Virus record (IMG/VR): IMGVR_UViG_3300033075_001504
Span: 1-64,000 of that record
Length of the DNA stretch: 64,000 nt
Reading direction: 5' to 3' (one strand)
Source: a virus
Lineage: Duplodnaviria; Caudoviricetes
Under the pieces are notes generated by a model that made no database searches, was not told the DNA's origin, and saw nothing but the letters and a program-made list of their open reading frames with translations. Of this stretch, positions 1-9,243 are shown piece after piece (position 1 is the stretch's first letter; each line of letters begins with the position of its first letter). The position numbers and the translations under genes were made by a program.

Positions 1-527
1 GCGGCGGAGTAGGAGGTCGGGCGGACCAGCAGCGGGGTGATGAACTGGCGCATCCCGCGCTCGTCCAGGCCGTAGCCCATCGCAGCGCGCCGCCAGGCCA
101 GGTCGGCGTTCCAGCCCGCGTTGACCTGGGCCTTGAAGCCCGACAGCAGCGCGTCGGCGCTGGTCTCGTGCGCGTACTCGCCCAGGGACTCGGCGTAGGC
201 GTCCGCGATCGCCTCCAGGTCCGCGCTCTCCATCCCGGTGGTCCGGCCCAGCTCGATGGCGTAGCGCAGCGCGGGCACGGCGACCTGGAGCCAGGTCGGG
301 GCCACCTTGCGCCAGACCCGCTCCAGCAGCGCCCGGGCCGCGCCCTCGGTGGCCGGGGCGGGCTCGGTGCGCAGCGCAGCCGCCATCAGGGCGAACGTGG
401 TCAGCAGACCGGCGGCCACCACCACGCCCACCCGGTCGTGGGCCGCCTCGGGGTCCTCGTACGCCTGGACCCCGGCGTTCAGGTAGGCCTGGGCCGGGTC
501 CACCGCGAGGTCGGGGCCGATCGTCAC
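1..527 (-). CDS. Head-associated protein, possibly MuF-like minor capsid protein (partial, runs off left edge)
   Basis: GTG at 527 overlaps the upstream TGA (GTGA coupling); open to the window edge; helical sequence downstream of the portal. Function inferred from position only. Confidence 0.45.
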   Translation of the reverse strand, partial: MTIGPDLAVDPAQAYLNAGVQAYEDPEAAHDRVGVVVAAGLLTTFALMAAALRTEPAPATEGAARALLERVWRKVAPTWLQVAVPALRYAIELGRTTGMESADLEAIADAYAESLGEYAHETSADALLSGFKAQVNAGWNADLAWRRAAMGYGLDERGMRQFITPLLVRPTSYSA

Positions 528-3500
528 GGCACCAGCCCGAGCTTGCGCAGCATCTCCTGCATGGACGGGTCGGTGATCTCACCCTTGAGCTGGGGCGTCG
601 CTCCGCCCGCCTCCACCGCGGCCACCTGGGCGGCCGCCTGCTGCGGGCTGACGGTCACGATCCGGGTCACTTCGGGCTCGACCACCTGGCCCTGAATTGC
701 CTCGACCTGGGCCTTGCCGTCGCGGGCGCTCTTGGCGTGCTCCAGCGCCGTCATCGCCTTGTCGATGCCGCGCAGGTCCTCGGCGATCAGGTCACGGTCG
801 GCCACACGGGGCGCGGTCATCCCGAGCCGCGCCGCCGGGGTCGCCGCGTTGTAGCGGTGCTCCATCGCCGCCCAGGCACCGAGCTGGTCCATCCGCTGCT
901 TGCGCAGCGTCACCAGGCCGGAGGCCAGCGCATTGATGTCGTCGGCCTCCAGGCTGTTGCGGCGCAGCACCTGGCGGATGTCGGGGTCGGTGTCCAGCAG
1001 GCCCATGAAGTGCCGCTCGGGGTCGTCCCCACCCGCATCGGCAGCGAAGTCCGGACCGAAGTCGAACGTCGTGGCTCCACCGAGGACCGCCTCGATCGAC
1101 CAGGGCGGGGACTTCTTGGCCTGCGCGCCGAGCGCCGGACCGAAGTCCACCCCGTCGAACACCTTGTGGTCCTGGGCCTTGCGCATCTCGGCCTTGGCCC
1201 TCTGCTTGAAGGCGGGGTCGCTGGCCCACTTCTGCTCGAAGTCCGGGTCGCGCAGCGCCGGGAACTGGTCGGCGAGGAAGTCCTCGGGCAGCGGGCCGCC
1301 CCGGTGGTTGGCCAGCGGCCAGTCGGCGATGCTCACGGCGTCCGGACCGATCTTGGTGGCGCGGCGGACCTGCTCCGCGACCTCGAATGCGGCCTTGCGC
1401 TCGGCGACCAGGCCCTGGAGGTCGGGCGCCTTCTGCTCGGCACGCTCCTCGGCCTTGGGCGCCACGGCGGGGACGGGCGATCCGCCGTCGTCGTCGGGGT
1501 CCTTGGGCTTCTTGGGACCGAGAGTGGGGCGCAGCCCGCCACGGGCCACCCGACCCCGGTCCTTGCCCCCGGCCAGCGTCCGCGAGGAGTACCGCGAGAT
1601 GTAGTAGGGGAACTGCTCCTGGAGCGCCTTGCCCGCGTAGTCGTAGCCCTCGCCGTTGAGCTTGAGCGGTGCGGTCGCCTTGCGGGCCTCGTTGAGCCGG
1701 ATCGCCTTGACCCGCTCGACGCGCTGCCCGACGCCCATCGTCTCGACGGCGGCCTCGGTGGTGCCCCACTTCTGCGCGGCCACCTGGCTGGCCATCTCCT
1801 CGAGCTCGGTGCCCAGGTAGCGGCCGCGGATCGCCGCGATCTCGTGCTCCTGCACCTCGGTGAGGTCCTTGGCGTCGTAGCCGTGCTCGGCGGCCCAGTC
1901 CCGGGCGGCGTCGTCGGCCACCTCGGCGGTGATCGCCTCGGACTGGGCGCGGGACAGCCGGGGGTTGAGCTCGGCGCGCTGGATCTCGTTCTTCACCATC
2001 GTCTTGTACTCGGCGGGCCGCTCGACCGGGTCGTAGCGGCGGGCGGCGTCCTGCTCGATCTCGGCGCGCAGGCTCGGGTCGATGCCGCGCAGCACCACGT
2101 TGCCGCTCTGCACCGCGTCGAGCAGGAAGCCGTAACGGCTCACCATCCGGGCGGCCTTGTCGTTGAGCCGACGCCCGCCGCGGAAGGTGTCGTCGAACTC
2201 CAGGGTGAAGACTCCGGAGTTGGACACGACGGTGACGCTGCGCGCGCCCGAGACCAGGCCGGTGTAGACGTCCTCGGTGGTCAGGCCGCCGTAGGCGCGG
2301 GTGCGGACGTACTCGCCGCCCTTGAGCGCCTTGAGGTTCTTGAGGTTGAACGGCAGGTACCAGTCCTCGCCGTAGCCGACCGCCTCGTGCGCGACCCGGC
2401 CGTGCCGGTCGATGATGACGCCCTGGCTGGGCGGCAGCGTGCCGCCCGCCTGCTGGAGCTGGTAGAGGTCGGGGTTGGGCAGCCGCTCCTGGAAGTAGCG
2501 GATGAGCGGGCTCTCCACGAACTCGCTCTGCGAGGTCATCCCCGGCCGCTTGCCCGGGACGGTGCGGGTGTGGCCGTAGACCACGGCCTCGCGCGCCCGG
2601 GTGTTGATCTCGGCCTGGCCCATCCCGTCCTTGGCCTGGTTCTTGCTCGCGCGCACGGCAGCGTCCACGGTGGCCTGGAGGCGGGGGTCGGGCTTCTTCT
2701 CCACCCCGCGGTAGCGGTAGGAGGCGCGCTGGGTCGGCGGGCCGAGCACCGCCTGGGCCTCGGGACCGTGGGTGCCGACCCAGGTCGCGGTGGCGGCGGC
2801 GAGCTTCATCTTGGCCGGGGCGTGCTCGCCCATCACCAGGGTCGCCAGCTCCCCCGCCGAGCGCAGCCGGTGGTAGACCTTGTCCGAGCGCGACTTGCTC
2901 TCGCCCTCGAGCTGGCCGTTGACGATCTGGCGCAGCGGCTTCTCGTCCATCTTGGAGTCGAGCCGCTGGAAGCCCTGGCCGATCTGGGCCGACGCGGTGG
3001 GGTTGCCCATCGCCGTCATCAGGTCGTAGGCGGCCCCGCCCGCGGACAGGTTGGGCTTGGAGGTCAGGCCGAGCTCGATGAGCCGGTCGCCCTTGCGGAA
3101 GGCGTCCTCCTGGACGATGTTGTTCGGGTCCAGGCCCACGCCGGACTTGATGTAGGTGCGGCCCTGGGGGTCGCGGTAGGCCGCGGTCCAGAAGGCGTCG
3201 GCGGCGTCCATGCCGGACTCGATCGCGGCGTCCACCTCGTCGGCGACCTGCTCGTAGGCGGCCTTGTAGTGGTGGGCCTGGGAGGCCTTGAGGGTGCCGT
3301 TGTAGGTCTTGCGCTCGGGCTTGGCGCTGGACTGGGTGTAGCGGATCGGCTTCTTGCGGCGGCTCTCCTGCGCGGCGAAGCGGCCGTGCTGGTCGCGGTC
3401 GTAGCGGTCCCCGCCCAGCGCCTTGGAGATCGCCCGCATCTGCGGCTCCAGGGCCAGGTCGAGCGCCTTCTGGATCACCTCGTGGTGGTCGAAGATCGTG

Positions 3501-3634
3501 TTCTGGACGTCCTCGTGCAGCGCGAAGGGCAGCACCGCGAGGGCCTCGTCGTAGTTGTCCATCACCCAGGCGTAGGCCTTGTCCGCCTCGGCCTGGTTGA
3601 ACCCGGCGCCCTTGCTGATCGGCTGGAGCTTCAC
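524..3634 (-). CDS. Large head-associated protein (1036 aa) with RDxxGRF motif and a degenerate JAB/MPN-like domain
   Basis: GTG start overlaps the portal TGA; RYDRDQHGRFA motif near the N-terminus; segment SQGVIIDRHG...LKGGEYVRTRAYGGLTTED...VVSNSGVFTLE follows the JAB-like pattern of phage head proteins. Confidence 0.6.
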   Translation of the reverse strand: MKLQPISKGAGFNQAEADKAYAWVMDNYDEALAVLPFALHEDVQNTIFDHHEVIQKALDLALEPQMRAISKALGGDRYDRDQHGRFAAQESRRKKPIRYTQSSAKPERKTYNGTLKASQAHHYKAAYEQVADEVDAAIESGMDAADAFWTAAYRDPQGRTYIKSGVGLDPNNIVQEDAFRKGDRLIELGLTSKPNLSAGGAAYDLMTAMGNPTASAQIGQGFQRLDSKMDEKPLRQIVNGQLEGESKSRSDKVYHRLRSAGELATLVMGEHAPAKMKLAAATATWVGTHGPEAQAVLGPPTQRASYRYRGVEKKPDPRLQATVDAAVRASKNQAKDGMGQAEINTRAREAVVYGHTRTVPGKRPGMTSQSEFVESPLIRYFQERLPNPDLYQLQQAGGTLPPSQGVIIDRHGRVAHEAVGYGEDWYLPFNLKNLKALKGGEYVRTRAYGGLTTEDVYTGLVSGARSVTVVSNSGVFTLEFDDTFRGGRRLNDKAARMVSRYGFLLDAVQSGNVVLRGIDPSLRAEIEQDAARRYDPVERPAEYKTMVKNEIQRAELNPRLSRAQSEAITAEVADDAARDWAAEHGYDAKDLTEVQEHEIAAIRGRYLGTELEEMASQVAAQKWGTTEAAVETMGVGQRVERVKAIRLNEARKATAPLKLNGEGYDYAGKALQEQFPYYISRYSSRTLAGGKDRGRVARGGLRPTLGPKKPKDPDDDGGSPVPAVAPKAEERAEQKAPDLQGLVAERKAAFEVAEQVRRATKIGPDAVSIADWPLANHRGGPLPEDFLADQFPALRDPDFEQKWASDPAFKQRAKAEMRKAQDHKVFDGVDFGPALGAQAKKSPPWSIEAVLGGATTFDFGPDFAADAGGDDPERHFMGLLDTDPDIRQVLRRNSLEADDINALASGLVTLRKQRMDQLGAWAAMEHRYNAATPAARLGMTAPRVADRDLIAEDLRGIDKAMTALEHAKSARDGKAQVEAIQGQVVEPEVTRIVTVSPQQAAAQVAAVEAGGATPQLKGEITDPSMQEMLRKLGLVP

Positions 3635-5361
3635 TTCTTGCCACCCTTCGGAGCGGGCTTGGCCGCGGGCTTCTTGGCCGCCGCCTGCTGCTTGGCGCGC
3701 TGGGCGCTCTGCGCCATCCGGAACTTCTGGTTCTGGTCGGCGTGCTGGCTCTTCTGCTTGAAGGCCGCATCGGCGTGCGCCATCTTCTGCTTGGCCGCGG
3801 CCAGGCCCATCTGGTGCTTCTCGTCGGCCTGGGCGAGCGCCTGCTGGCCCTGGGCCTGCTGGAGCGCGTCGGGACCCTGCTCGAGCTGCTGGCGCTGGGC
3901 CTGGTTGGCCAGCGCGCCCTGCTCCATCTGCTGGGAGGCACCCACCGCCTGGGACTGGAGGGTGATCATCTCCATCCGCTGCTGGGCCAGCCGCTGGACG
4001 AAGGACTGCCGCTCCATGATCTCGGCGACCTCGATCTGGTCCTCGTCCATCTCGGGCAGCCGGGCGGCCTGGCGCAGGAACTTCTCCAGCGTCGGGTCGG
4101 GGAACCACTGCACGCCCGCGTTCTGCATCGCGGTCATGAACTGGCCGAGCTGGGCCAGGTCGGGCGGGTCGACGTCGGCCGGGACGATCTTGGGCAGGTC
4201 GTCGAGCTTCCAGTCGTTGAGCTCGAACAGCCGCGGCACGGCGTAGCGGTTGAGCACGTCCGCGATGGACTGCGCGATGGAGTTGATCGCGGAGCGGAAC
4301 AGGCCGGACTTGTCGGTGTGCAGCGCGTAGGAGCCGACGTTCTCGTGCCCGACCAGGATGAAGTCGGCCAGCACCGTCATCAGGATGCGCTGCTCGTAGC
4401 GCTGGATGATGCCGTTGGTGTCGAACTGCCGGGAGCCGCCCGAGGTCATCAGCGAGAAGTCGTAGAGGTCCTGCTTGGTCTCGGGGTCCACCTCGCGCGG
4501 GAAGACCACGCCGTCCTGGGCGTCGCGGCGCACCGCGCGCACCAGCTTCCGCATGCCCTGCATCGCCTGGTAGTCGGTGGTCCCGGTCTTGGCGGTGAGC
4601 AGCCGCATCGGCACCCGGGCGATCGGCATGCCCGCCAGGTCGCGCTCGGCGCCGATGCCCTCGATCTCCTCGATGCGCTTCTTGTAGAACCAGGGCCGGT
4701 AGGCGTTGCGCAGCAGGCTGCGGCCCTCGGGGTTGCCCTTGATCGAGTTGACCCGGAACAGCAGCGACTTGTCGATCGGGATCGGCACCGTCTGGTAGGT
4801 CGGCGGGCTGATCTGGATCATGCCCTGGATGCCGCCGCGCTCGTCGAAGACCCAGCGCAGCAGCGTCTCCTGCGCGCGGATCGGGATCTTGCGCCAGCCG
4901 ATCTTGCCGTCGGTGTACTTGGAGCGCTGGGAGGGGTCCTTCTCCCACGGGCCGACCCGGCGCTTGTAGCAGATCTCGTGCCAGGACCAGCCGTAGGGCA
5001 GCATGGTCAGCACCTCGGAGATGAAGTCGTCCCAGGTGTGGGACATGTCGTCCTTGCACTCCTCGAGGAACTTCGCCGCCGCCTCGGCCTCCGGCCCGTC
5101 GCCGGGCTCGACCCGCCAGTCCAGGTTGCGCAGCAGCCGGTCGATCGCGAACAGCAGCGCGCCCACCACCGGCTCGTTGTCGGCCATCTCGCGGTAGACC
5201 TGGACGGCCTTGCGCCCGCGGAGCTGGGGCAGGAACTCCTCGTCCACGTAGCCCGCGGCACGGCGCAGACCCGTCAGACCCGCCTCGGAGAAGGGCGGGT
5301 AGGTCGGGATCTCGTCGCCGGGGAGCGGCGTGTCGATCCCGTTCAGGTCCTGGGGCTCCAT
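3631..5361 (-). CDS. Portal protein (DUF935/Mu gp29-like)
   Basis: 576 aa directly after the terminase; motifs GNPEGRSLLRNAY, ERDLAGMP, GSYAL; Gln-rich C-terminal tail. Confidence 0.9.
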   Translation of the reverse strand: MEPQDLNGIDTPLPGDEIPTYPPFSEAGLTGLRRAAGYVDEEFLPQLRGRKAVQVYREMADNEPVVGALLFAIDRLLRNLDWRVEPGDGPEAEAAAKFLEECKDDMSHTWDDFISEVLTMLPYGWSWHEICYKRRVGPWEKDPSQRSKYTDGKIGWRKIPIRAQETLLRWVFDERGGIQGMIQISPPTYQTVPIPIDKSLLFRVNSIKGNPEGRSLLRNAYRPWFYKKRIEEIEGIGAERDLAGMPIARVPMRLLTAKTGTTDYQAMQGMRKLVRAVRRDAQDGVVFPREVDPETKQDLYDFSLMTSGGSRQFDTNGIIQRYEQRILMTVLADFILVGHENVGSYALHTDKSGLFRSAINSIAQSIADVLNRYAVPRLFELNDWKLDDLPKIVPADVDPPDLAQLGQFMTAMQNAGVQWFPDPTLEKFLRQAARLPEMDEDQIEVAEIMERQSFVQRLAQQRMEMITLQSQAVGASQQMEQGALANQAQRQQLEQGPDALQQAQGQQALAQADEKHQMGLAAAKQKMAHADAAFKQKSQHADQNQKFRMAQSAQRAKQQAAAKKPAAKPAPKGGKK

Positions 5362-5387
5362 GCGTCCATCCTCCCGGAGTTGTCCAT

Positions 5388-6929
5388 CTAGGCCAGGAAG
5401 GACACCATGCCCTCATCCTCGGCGTCGGTGATCCAGACCGCGCCGTCGCGGGGCGGGGAGACGCCGGTCTCGGCATCCACGTCGCGCCGCGGGTTGATGA
5501 ACATCTGGTCGTCCTTGGTCAGCTCCTCGGGGTCCTTCTCCATGAGGGCAGTTTCGATCTCAATGCCCCCGCGCAGCTTCTGCCCCGCGCGCCAGGCCAG
5601 CGCCAGCGCGCACACCTCGTCGGGCAGGTGGTACTGCTGGCCGGTCTGGTAGAGGTCGCCGACCTGGGCGTACTTGTGCGCGAGGTAGGCGGTAGGGATC
5701 TTGGGGAAGGAGAACCGGTCGCGCTCGACGGCGTTGACGTACTCGGTGAGCATGTTGGCCCGCTGCGCGCCGGTCATCAGGAAGCCCCGGGCCCGCACGT
5801 CGAGGTAGTCGTTGACCGCGTTGCCCACGCCCGTGCCGTCGTGGATGGCGGCCGCCGGGTTGTAGGTCTGGATGGCCCGGTTGTAGAGCCCGATCATGTA
5901 CGGGTACGGGCGGCGGTTGACCCGCACCCAGTGCACCAGCTCGATCGGCTCGCGGTCGATGCGGACCACCGCGATGACGGTGTAGTCCTGCTCCTTGGCC
6001 CAGTCAGCCGCCACCACGTAGACGCCCTCGCGCTGGGGCCGGGCCCAGGTGAACAGCTCGAAGTCCTTGCTCTCCTGGCAGTCCAGCAGCTCCTCCTTGA
6101 CGAAGGGCTTGGCGAAGGTCCGCTCGACGGCCTCGGAGTCGAAGGCGCGGTTGCCGATCGAGGGCTCGCCGAGCTCGTACTCGACGCGCCACATCTCCGC
6201 CGGGATCTCGCGCTTCTTGGCCTCGATGGTCTCCTGGGAGAGCCAGCCGTCGACCTCGTTGGCGCTCTCCCGGTAGCACCAGGCCTTCATCGGCATGCCC
6301 CGCTCCTCGAAGCGGCGCTTGATCGTGGTGAAGGTGCCCTCGGGGTTCTGCCAGGTCGAGCACATCACGGTGTAGGGCTGGACCACCCGGCCCAGCCAGT
6401 TCTTCTGCGGCAGCGGCTGGCCCAGGGCCGCGTCGAGGATCGCGAGCTCCATCTCGTCGATCTCGTCCAGCAGCAGGGTCGGCGGGTGCGGGCCGCGGAC
6501 GGTCTTCTGGCTCGCCGTGAGCGGGCGGATCTTGGCCTTGTTGGCGAAGGTGATGCGCTCGATGCCCTCGTGCACGATCGAGTCGCGCGGGGCGTCCTCG
6601 TAGTCCAGCGCGGCGCGCATCGCCTCGTGGACGTTGGTGGACTGCGCCATCGAGCCGCCCAGCAGGTTCACGTCCGCGCCGTTGAACAGCGCGTCGGTGA
6701 GCCCGAGCACCGAGAGGGTGTAGGACTTGCCGCTCAGACCTCGAGACCCGTGCCAGAAGGCGATCGACCCGTCCCGGCGGAAGAAGGCGTCGGCGAAGGC
6801 GTCGAAGGGCGCGACGTGGTCGGGGCAGACCCGGGTGCGCGGGATGGTGACGCCCCACAGCGCCCGGACTGCCCAGTAGAGCTCGTCGTCGGTCTCGGGC
6901 GCCCGGGGAAGGACGAACTTGGTCGCCAT
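5388..6929 (-). CDS. terL: Terminase large subunit
   Basis: Walker A-like GSRGLSGKS, Walker B LLLDEIDE, nuclease domain AADWAKEQDYTV and HDGTGVG, C-terminal HLPDEVCALALA. Confidence 0.92.
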   Translation of the reverse strand: MATKFVLPRAPETDDELYWAVRALWGVTIPRTRVCPDHVAPFDAFADAFFRRDGSIAFWHGSRGLSGKSYTLSVLGLTDALFNGADVNLLGGSMAQSTNVHEAMRAALDYEDAPRDSIVHEGIERITFANKAKIRPLTASQKTVRGPHPPTLLLDEIDEMELAILDAALGQPLPQKNWLGRVVQPYTVMCSTWQNPEGTFTTIKRRFEERGMPMKAWCYRESANEVDGWLSQETIEAKKREIPAEMWRVEYELGEPSIGNRAFDSEAVERTFAKPFVKEELLDCQESKDFELFTWARPQREGVYVVAADWAKEQDYTVIAVVRIDREPIELVHWVRVNRRPYPYMIGLYNRAIQTYNPAAAIHDGTGVGNAVNDYLDVRARGFLMTGAQRANMLTEYVNAVERDRFSFPKIPTAYLAHKYAQVGDLYQTGQQYHLPDEVCALALAWRAGQKLRGGIEIETALMEKDPEELTKDDQMFINPRRDVDAETGVSPPRDGAVWITDAEDEGMVSFLA

Positions 6930-6936
6930 GCCAGCC

Positions 6937-7122
6937 TCACAGGTAGTGCCGGACGGTGGTGATCCTCACCGGGTCGTAGGCCTCGTAGTAGGTGATCTCG
7001 AGCAGGACGGCCCCGGTGTCGGTGCCGGTGGCCCGCCAGTACGCCAGGTCCGAGGGGTCGGGCAGCAGCCCGGGTGCGAGGTCGTAGAACTGCCGATAGA
7101 CGTCGCGCGCCAGGCTGACCAT
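6937..7122 (-). CDS. Hypothetical protein (61 aa)
   Basis: ATG overlaps the upstream TGA; ends 7 nt before terL. Confidence 0.65.
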   Translation of the reverse strand: MVSLARDVYRQFYDLAPGLLPDPSDLAYWRATGTDTGAVLLEITYYEAYDPVRITTVRHYL

Positions 7123-7535
7123 CACGGTCCCTGCCTCGCCCCGCGCTCCTGGCGGTCCTGGCTTCCCTCGATGCGCGCCATCCGGTCGGAGAGGCCGTCC
7201 ACCTTGGTGTCCAGCTCCTTGACGGTGGCCTCGGTCCGGTTGGCCGTGTCGCGCAGACTGGACCCCCGATTGGGCTGGACCTGGTACTCGATCTTCATCA
7301 CCTGGGTCTTGAGCGTCCCGAGGGACGCGGTGTGCTCGGCCTGGACCTTGGCCAGCGCATCGGCCTTGGTCACCAGGACGTCGACCTTGTCCTCGGTGGG
7401 CTGCATCGCGTTGCGGACCGCGCTGATGAAGGTCCGGCGGAACAGAGCCCAGACCGCGGCGATCAGGAGGACGTCCCCCATGATGACCCAGGCGATGAAG
7501 TGCTCGTCGAAGATGTCGACGGCGAGCGTGAGCAT
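7122..7535 (-). CDS. Lysis-cassette membrane protein (N-terminal TM plus coiled coil)
   Basis: One TM helix then a coiled coil with PNRGSSLRD, a motif typical of actinophage lysis-cassette membrane proteins; follows the endolysin. Confidence 0.7.
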   Translation of the reverse strand: MLTLAVDIFDEHFIAWVIMGDVLLIAAVWALFRRTFISAVRNAMQPTEDKVDVLVTKADALAKVQAEHTASLGTLKTQVMKIEYQVQPNRGSSLRDTANRTEATVKELDTKVDGLSDRMARIEGSQDRQERGARQGP

Positions 7536-7547
7536 GTGCTCCCCCGT

Positions 7548-8339
7548 TCAGGCGTGTCCGGTGATGGTCTTCCAGGTCAGCGGGCCCACCCAGCCGTCGG
7601 CAGTGCCGAGCTTGCGGTTGCGGCGCTGGACGTCCACCACCGCGGCCTTGGTCTGGGGGCCGAACACCCCGTCCACCGGCAGGTGGTAGTGCAGCGCGAC
7701 CAGGTGCTTCTGGAGCTCGGTGACGTAGGCGCCCTTGGCCCCCGGGCCGAACCGGCCGGGGAACACGACGGTGTGCTTCGGGGGCACCTTGGCGGGCACC
7801 TTGACCGGCTTCTTGGGGCCGTTGATCGTCAGGCCGAGCCGAGCGATGACGTCCTTGACGTCGGTGGTGGTGACCGGCGATCCGACGCCGGGCTCCCAGG
7901 CCTGGCCGATCTCCCAGTGCATCTCGTCGCAGGCCTTGCCGACCTTCCAGTCCCCGCCCCAGCCCAGGATGCGCTTGCCCCGCGAGGTCCGGTAGTGGTC
8001 GAGGATGGCGTGCGCGGCCACGATCTGCTTGGCCGTGGCGTAGCGCCGGTGGTCGGCCTTGAAGTGGTCGTAGCGGACGTCTACCGCGGCGGCCGCGGCG
8101 TGGTTGCTCAGGCGCGAGCCCGAGGCCAGCCGGGGCGGGCGGTAGGCCCAGCAGTCCGGTCCGTAGCCGCCGTCGATGGGGATGATGTGGGCGTCGATGT
8201 CCATGAGGACGCAGACCCACAGCGGGGCCAGGAACTTGGTCGTGACGATCTTCGACCTCGTCCCGGGGATGGGCACGGTGGTGAGCGCGGGGTTGTCCCT
8301 GGTGGGGATCGCGGACCACCCGGAGAGGGTGAGGGCCAT
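7548..8339 (-). CDS. Endolysin: M15-family peptidase plus peptidoglycan-binding domain
   Basis: SNHAAAAAVD and DEMHWE zinc-peptidase motifs; C-terminal GAYVTELQ...DGVFGPQTKAAV...DGWVGPLTW PG-binding motif. Confidence 0.88.
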   Translation of the reverse strand: MALTLSGWSAIPTRDNPALTTVPIPGTRSKIVTTKFLAPLWVCVLMDIDAHIIPIDGGYGPDCWAYRPPRLASGSRLSNHAAAAAVDVRYDHFKADHRRYATAKQIVAAHAILDHYRTSRGKRILGWGGDWKVGKACDEMHWEIGQAWEPGVGSPVTTTDVKDVIARLGLTINGPKKPVKVPAKVPPKHTVVFPGRFGPGAKGAYVTELQKHLVALHYHLPVDGVFGPQTKAAVVDVQRRNRKLGTADGWVGPLTWKTITGHA

Positions 8340-8818
8340 CACTCGCCTCCGGCGTCCGGAGGCACGTCCACGCCGTCGGCCGGGATATCCACAGGGTTGT
8401 CCACCGCTGTGGACGGGTCCTCGTGCGGCTCCTGGTCGACCGCAGGATCGGTCTCGTAGCCGGTGGAGGAGATGGTGGCGCCGTCGGGCTTGCCCACGCC
8501 GCCGGGGTACTTGGCCGCGATGGAGCCGTCCGAGCCGGTGACCGTCAGGGGCTTCCAGATGCTGTAGTGGGACAGCACCGAGGTGAAGAAGACAGTGCCG
8601 ATCGAGATGAGAGCGATCTTCCAGTCGAAGTCGCTCCACGACTGCGTCCCCGAGACGAACGGGGTGATGAAGCCGACGACGGCTGCGAGCAGCGCGGTCA
8701 TCAGCACCTTCACCTGCGGGGGCGCCTGCACATTGGTGACGAGCTGCTGCACCAGCGGGATGATCAGCGCGAGCACGCCGTTCAGCACCGCGAGGAGCTG
8801 GAGGTTGTCAGCGTTCAT
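8339..8818 (-). CDS. Holin
   Basis: Three hydrophobic segments and an acidic C-terminal tail; directly upstream of the endolysin. Confidence 0.8.
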   Translation of the reverse strand: MNADNLQLLAVLNGVLALIIPLVQQLVTNVQAPPQVKVLMTALLAAVVGFITPFVSGTQSWSDFDWKIALISIGTVFFTSVLSHYSIWKPLTVTGSDGSIAAKYPGGVGKPDGATISSTGYETDPAVDQEPHEDPSTAVDNPVDIPADGVDVPPDAGGE

Positions 8819-8846
8819 GCCTCCATCCTCGGCCGCCCGTCCAGGC

Positions 8847-9236
8847 TCATGCGTCCTCTGGGTGGGCGAGGTCGTACAGATCCCGGACGTCGCGCGGCAG
8901 GCTCCCGGCGATGGGCACCCGGATGCCCAGCGAGGCGGCCCAGTAGCGCATCCGCCCCTCCTTGGTCAGCGTGTGCTCGGGGTGGCGCTCCAGGACGTTC
9001 TCCACCGTGGTGTGGGTCTGCACCCCGAGAGAGGTGCGGGTGGCGTCGGCGATGTCGTAGAGCTCGAGCAGCCGCTCGCGGGTGCGGGCCGGGCTGGGGA
9101 TGCCCTCCTCCAGCAGGCCGCCGATGCCCGAGGCCATCAGCTCCATGGTCAGCCGGAGCCGCGCCACGTCGGTGGCGAGCTGCTCGAGCAGGGCGACCGG
9201 GACGACAGCCGTGCTCCTGCGGCGCGAGACCCCCAT
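8847..9236 (-). CDS. Protein with C-terminal Lsr2-like DNA-binding domain
   Basis: C-terminus MRYWAASLGIRVPIAGSLPRDVRDLYDLAH resembles the Lsr2 consensus IRxWAxxxGxxVxxRGRIPxxVxxAY. Confidence 0.6.
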   Translation of the reverse strand: MGVSRRRSTAVVPVALLEQLATDVARLRLTMELMASGIGGLLEEGIPSPARTRERLLELYDIADATRTSLGVQTHTTVENVLERHPEHTLTKEGRMRYWAASLGIRVPIAGSLPRDVRDLYDLAHPEDA

Positions 9237-9243
9237 GGCGGCC

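Noticed and set aside
524-5476. 1650-aa ORF as a single gene
   Set aside because: Its 5' part is an alternative frame of the portal; the real start is the GTG at 3634 coupled to the portal stop.
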